A DNA stretch of 64,000 nt from Candidatus Heimdallarchaeota archaeon (GTDB taxonomy: Archaea; Asgardarchaeota; Heimdallarchaeia; JABLTI01). Position numbers and translations under genes: made by a program. The notes under the pieces are model-generated. The model searched no databases and was not told where the DNA came from. It saw only the letters and a program-made list of their open reading frames with translations. The DNA is taken from contig DXJV01000005.1 of NCBI GenBank assembly GCA_019056785.1, forward strand, positions 20,716-84,715, written 5' to 3'. This document shows, piece by piece, positions 60,663 to 64,000 of the stretch. Within the stretch, counting starts at the first letter, position 1. Every line of letters begins with the position of its first letter.

Positions 60663-61322
60663 TTGAGTAAAAGAACCGCAGGAAGAAAAAGAAAAGGTCA
60701 AGAGAGTAGACGTGTCGTCGATAAATTCTCTCTAAAAACGTGGTATAAAATCATAGCGCCAGAAAATTTCGGTGGAGAGCAAATTGCCGAAACGCCGGCG
60801 GCAGACCCTGACATGGTTGTTGGGCGAACAGTACAAACCACCATGATGGACCTTACCAACGATTATAAAAAGATGCATGTGAAAATTACTTTCAAAATTA
60901 AAAAAGTGAAGGGTGATATTGCTTATACTCACTTTCGAGGGCATGAATACACACGCGACTATCTTCGTTCCATGATCCGACGAAGGCGGACACGTATTGA
61001 TGGCATCTTTAATATCACATCGAAAGATGGTGCAAGGTTACGAGTAAGTATAATTGCTCTTACGCCTTTCCGATGTAAATCAAGCCATGAAAAAGGCATT
61101 CGAAAAGTGATGCAAAACATCGTTTTAAAACGAGCTGAAAAACTTCCTTTCGATAAATTGGTGAGAGATATCGTCTCAGGGAAAATGGCTACAGAAATTT
61201 ACAAGAAAGCAAAGAAAATCCATCCGATACAAAATGTAGATGTTTGGAAAAGCCGCGTTCTGAATCTGCCAACAATAAAGTTAGAAGAGGAAGTAAAACC
61301 GGCTGAACCTGCAAAAGCCTAA
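60663..61322 (+). CDS. rps3ae: 30S ribosomal protein eS1 (S3Ae)
   Basis: KTWYKIIAP, GRTVQTT, TRDYLRSMIRRRRTRID and KKIHPI. Confidence 0.96.
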   Translation: MSKRTAGRKRKGQESRRVVDKFSLKTWYKIIAPENFGGEQIAETPAADPDMVVGRTVQTTMMDLTNDYKKMHVKITFKIKKVKGDIAYTHFRGHEYTRDYLRSMIRRRRTRIDGIFNITSKDGARLRVSIIALTPFRCKSSHEKGIRKVMQNIVLKRAEKLPFDKLVRDIVSGKMATEIYKKAKKIHPIQNVDVWKSRVLNLPTIKLEEEVKPAEPAKA

Positions 61323-61384
61323 AGAAACAGTAAAAGAAGAGACAAAGGAAGAAGCAAAACCTTCTTCTACTGCTTGAATTTCTG

Positions 61385-61422
61385 AGCAGAGATATACCCT
61401 CTGCTAATCACTTTCTTTTTTC
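61385..61422 (+). terminator. Hairpin plus U-rich tract downstream of rps3ae
   Basis: AGCAGAG-7nt-CTCTGCT followed by CTTTCTTTTTTC. Confidence 0.4.
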
Positions 61423-61512
61423 TTACAAGAATTTCTTCCGATTTTTAGTTTGTGAAGATGAAGACTTTAAAGGAACCGTTCTTATGTGTTCTTACAGTAT
61501 TTTTAATCGTTT

Positions 61513-62544
61513 GTGATGAAGATGACACGAAAAAGGCAAGAAGAACAGCCAGAAGAAAAAGACTTACAATTCCAAAAGATCTCACTCTTATCTTCCACTA
61601 TGCGTCACTGGGAAAATCACCAAAAGAAAGGCTACGACCCCAATGAAACGAGAATTTCAGATCTATTGGAATGTTGGTCAGGAGAAAGTGGGCCGGCAAT
61701 AGGTCTTCTTGGCATTCCCTTTGATTCGGCAGTGTTGGGAAGGAAAGGTGCAAAAGGTGGCCCTAAAAAAATCCGCGATTCGATACGTTATTTTAAAGCC
61801 TATGATTGGCGGAGAGACTTTTGGTTTGGCGATAAAAAAATCTATGATTTTGGCGATATCATTTTTGATGCCCAATCTGTGCTCGAATGTCATAACCACA
61901 TAACAGAAATAATCACAAAAATAGTGGCAAAAAACTTCACAGTTATTACTCTGGGGGGTGATCATTCCATTACTTATCCCCTTGTGAAGGGAATGAAAGA
62001 ACATTACAGAGAACCGATCGGGTTGATAAACATTGATGCCCATTTAGATGTTCGGGAAGTGATAAATGGGCGGATAAGCAGTGGTACACCCTTCCGTCGT
62101 TTATTGGAAAAGAATGTTATCGCCGGGAAGAATTTTGTAGAGCTCGGAATTCGAAATTTCGCGAATGCTAAAAAGTATCGGCAATATGCTGAAAAACAAG
62201 GTGCCACAATCTTCACTGTCGAGGAAATTCAGATTATGGGGTTGGAAAGCGTTTTAGCTACAACACTCGAGAATATTACAGCTGAGACAGAATTTACCTA
62301 TATCTCGTTGGACTTGGACAGTTTAGATCAAATTTTTGCTCCCGGAGTAAGTGCACCAACACCTGCTGGTTTAACACCAACACAAATCGCGCAAATCATT
62401 CGGAAAGTTGTTTCCGAGACAAACACAATTGGTATGGATATCGTCGAGTTGAACCCCATATACGACACAGCTGATACGACTGCAATTAATGCTGCTTTAT
62501 TTCTCGTTGAGTTTTGTGCGAGTCACTTTTACAAGCACTCTTAA
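61513..62544 (+). CDS. hutG: Formimidoylglutamase (arginase/ureohydrolase family)
   Basis: GRKGAKGGP, LGGDHS, NIDAHLDVR, SSGTPFRRL and DLDSLD...APGVSAP. Confidence 0.85.
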   Translation: MMKMTRKRQEEQPEEKDLQFQKISLLSSTMRHWENHQKKGYDPNETRISDLLECWSGESGPAIGLLGIPFDSAVLGRKGAKGGPKKIRDSIRYFKAYDWRRDFWFGDKKIYDFGDIIFDAQSVLECHNHITEIITKIVAKNFTVITLGGDHSITYPLVKGMKEHYREPIGLINIDAHLDVREVINGRISSGTPFRRLLEKNVIAGKNFVELGIRNFANAKKYRQYAEKQGATIFTVEEIQIMGLESVLATTLENITAETEFTYISLDLDSLDQIFAPGVSAPTPAGLTPTQIAQIIRKVVSETNTIGMDIVELNPIYDTADTTAINAALFLVEFCASHFYKHS

Positions 62545-63628
62545 CGCCGCCTTCGAAAGATCATGAAGAAATAAAATATCACGAAAAGCACTCCAGCACC
62601 GCCAAGAATTGATCCACCAATAATGAAGAGAAGTTCCCATTTCCAATGTGTTGGCGTAAAATAGAGAGAATCAACTCTATTTTTAATGGCAATTAAACAT
62701 TTAGAAAATTGTTCCGGCTTAATGACAAAAGCTTTTGCTTCCTCCGCCTGTCGCCATTCATCAACCCCATTCGATTGAATGGCAATTTGATAAAAGGAAT
62801 CGTAATAATAATCATATCCTGGCGCTCTGTAATAATCTTTTAGCTGGAAAAAGCCAAGAGAAATCAGTTCATTAAGTAATTCTTGAATATCTGAGCTTGA
62901 CATGTCTTTATTTTCCATCAGATCAGCATCGCCAAATTTGAAGGAGACATGGCCATTACTTGAGATGGCAAAATGATAATAAGGATTTAATCCATCAGGG
63001 TCGTAATAATAATATCCATAAGAGAAACCTTCCCCAGGCCAATGAAAGAGATGGATGGTAAAGTTTTCTAAATTAATGGCAGGCGTTTCTTTCAAGTTGC
63101 CGATCGTCATGCCAATTGAAGCGGTATGATTTCTCGAGGGATCACTTTCTTGGTAGAAAAAAGCAGAGACATTGATGAAATTGCCAGCCGAATAATGGGA
63201 AACATTCCAGTCATAACCCAAATTCCAATAATGTTGATTATACTTCGCAAATTCATAGCTAGAATTGAAGATAGTCGTTTCATTTGCGTACATTTCAAAA
63301 ATATATTCCTCTTCATCAGAATAGAAAGGCAAGGAATTCCAATAATGATAGTTCACAAAGAGAATCACCGGATTATACGAGATGTTAGCGCCATCAGGAA
63401 GATCCCAGAAAATTGGCTCCTCAGATGCACTAGTTATAAAATCGCCCTCTGGTCTAGAATTGCTTTGAGGTATGTTGAAAAAATTTTCAAAAGCACTTGT
63501 TTGTTCTTTAAATGGCTGTGAGAAATAAAAGCACGTGTTTGTGCAGAAAGAGTGAAACATATTGTGAGAAGAAAAAGGGTTAGAATTGCCAAGACTTTAA
63601 CTGAATTTTGGCATTGTCTCTTTGGCAT
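62541..63628 (-). CDS. Cell-surface type I membrane protein; signal peptide is in a different frame (-1 frameshift)
   Basis: ORF 62541-63560 has an ectodomain, a C-terminal TM and RRRR but no signal peptide. The overlapping ORF from ATG 63628 supplies MPKRQ...VLAILTLFLLTICFTLSA. Confidence 0.65.
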
Positions 63629-63676
63629 TTTGACAACCACTTTTAAAAAAAGCGTTCTATAAATAATTAAATCTAT

Positions 63677-64000
63677 TTAATGATGAAAATGATCTCTTAC
63701 TCTCGAGTCATTTGCAAGTTTCTTATGATGCCATTGCAAGTGTTCAGAGAAAATCTTGTACCAGCCGATTTCCAAGCGTGAAAGAACAACAGCAATAACA
63801 ATTGCCCCGACAAAAATTAATACTGCTGCGAGAAAGAAAATAGCTGTTATAAGAGAAGAATCTAAAACAGTGATACTATCAACGACAATAGAATCCCCAC
63901 CAAAAGCAAACATTGCCAAATAGCCCAAAAGGAACAAGTCTAAAAGAACGTATGACCAAAAAATTGTTTGGCCTTTTTGAGGAAGAGGATGGTCTTCTTG
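63677..64000 (-). CDS. Membrane protein (5' end runs off window)
   Basis: Frame is open to the window edge (QEDHPLPQKGQTIFWSYVLLDLFLLGYLAM...); two hydrophobic helices. Confidence 0.65.
   Translation of the reverse strand, partial: QEDHPLPQKGQTIFWSYVLLDLFLLGYLAMFAFGGDSIVVDSITVLDSSLITAIFFLAAVLIFVGAIVIAVVLSRLEIGWYKIFSEHLQWHHKKLANDSRVRDHFHH

Noticed and set aside
61328-61372. Inverted repeat CAGTAAAAGAAG/CTTCTTCTACTG as an ncRNA
   Set aside because: Better explained as the frameshifted coding tail of eS1; low complexity.
1-64000. CRISPR arrays, transposases/integrases, rRNA, or an att-site duplication at the tRNA
   Set aside because: By eye I saw no regularly spaced repeats, recombinase motifs or tRNA 3' duplication; short or degenerate elements could have been missed.

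Overview
AT-rich, gene-dense archaeal chromosome segment, most likely from an Asgard archaeon. This is an inference from the archaeal housekeeping genes (top6A/B, aIF-1A, Rio1, eS1, uS15, prefoldin-beta, AdkA, initiator tRNA with an A1:U72 pair) together with longin-, Rab-like and PCI-like domains. About 55 CDS and one tRNA-iMet are present. I found no CRISPR array, rRNA or recognisable mobile element. Routine content includes an ECF module, ABC and MFS transporters, a GH57/GT4 glucan locus, an oxygen-defence cluster (PDO, FprA, desulfoferrodoxin, rubrerythrin), MIPS, fused ComDE, GcvT and HutG. The most notable locus is a two-gene pair at 17.6-26.8 kb: a cytoplasmic 7-blade FG-GAP beta-propeller + Zn ribbon + longin + winged-helix protein, followed by a ~2300-aa SNAP/TPR-like alpha-solenoid ending in PCI-like winged helices. 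This is a protocoatomer/KICSTOR/BBSome-like parts list. Other highlights: a Rab-like pseudo-GTPase fused to a Cys-rich domain, a class II glutamine amidotransferase-PadR fusion, a three-way-junction RNA leader upstream of uS15, an apparent inversion of the eIF1A-Rio1-KH-topoVI cluster, and several single-base frameshifts in the last 20 kb that may be assembly errors. All protein family calls come from motif recognition by eye, not from database searches.
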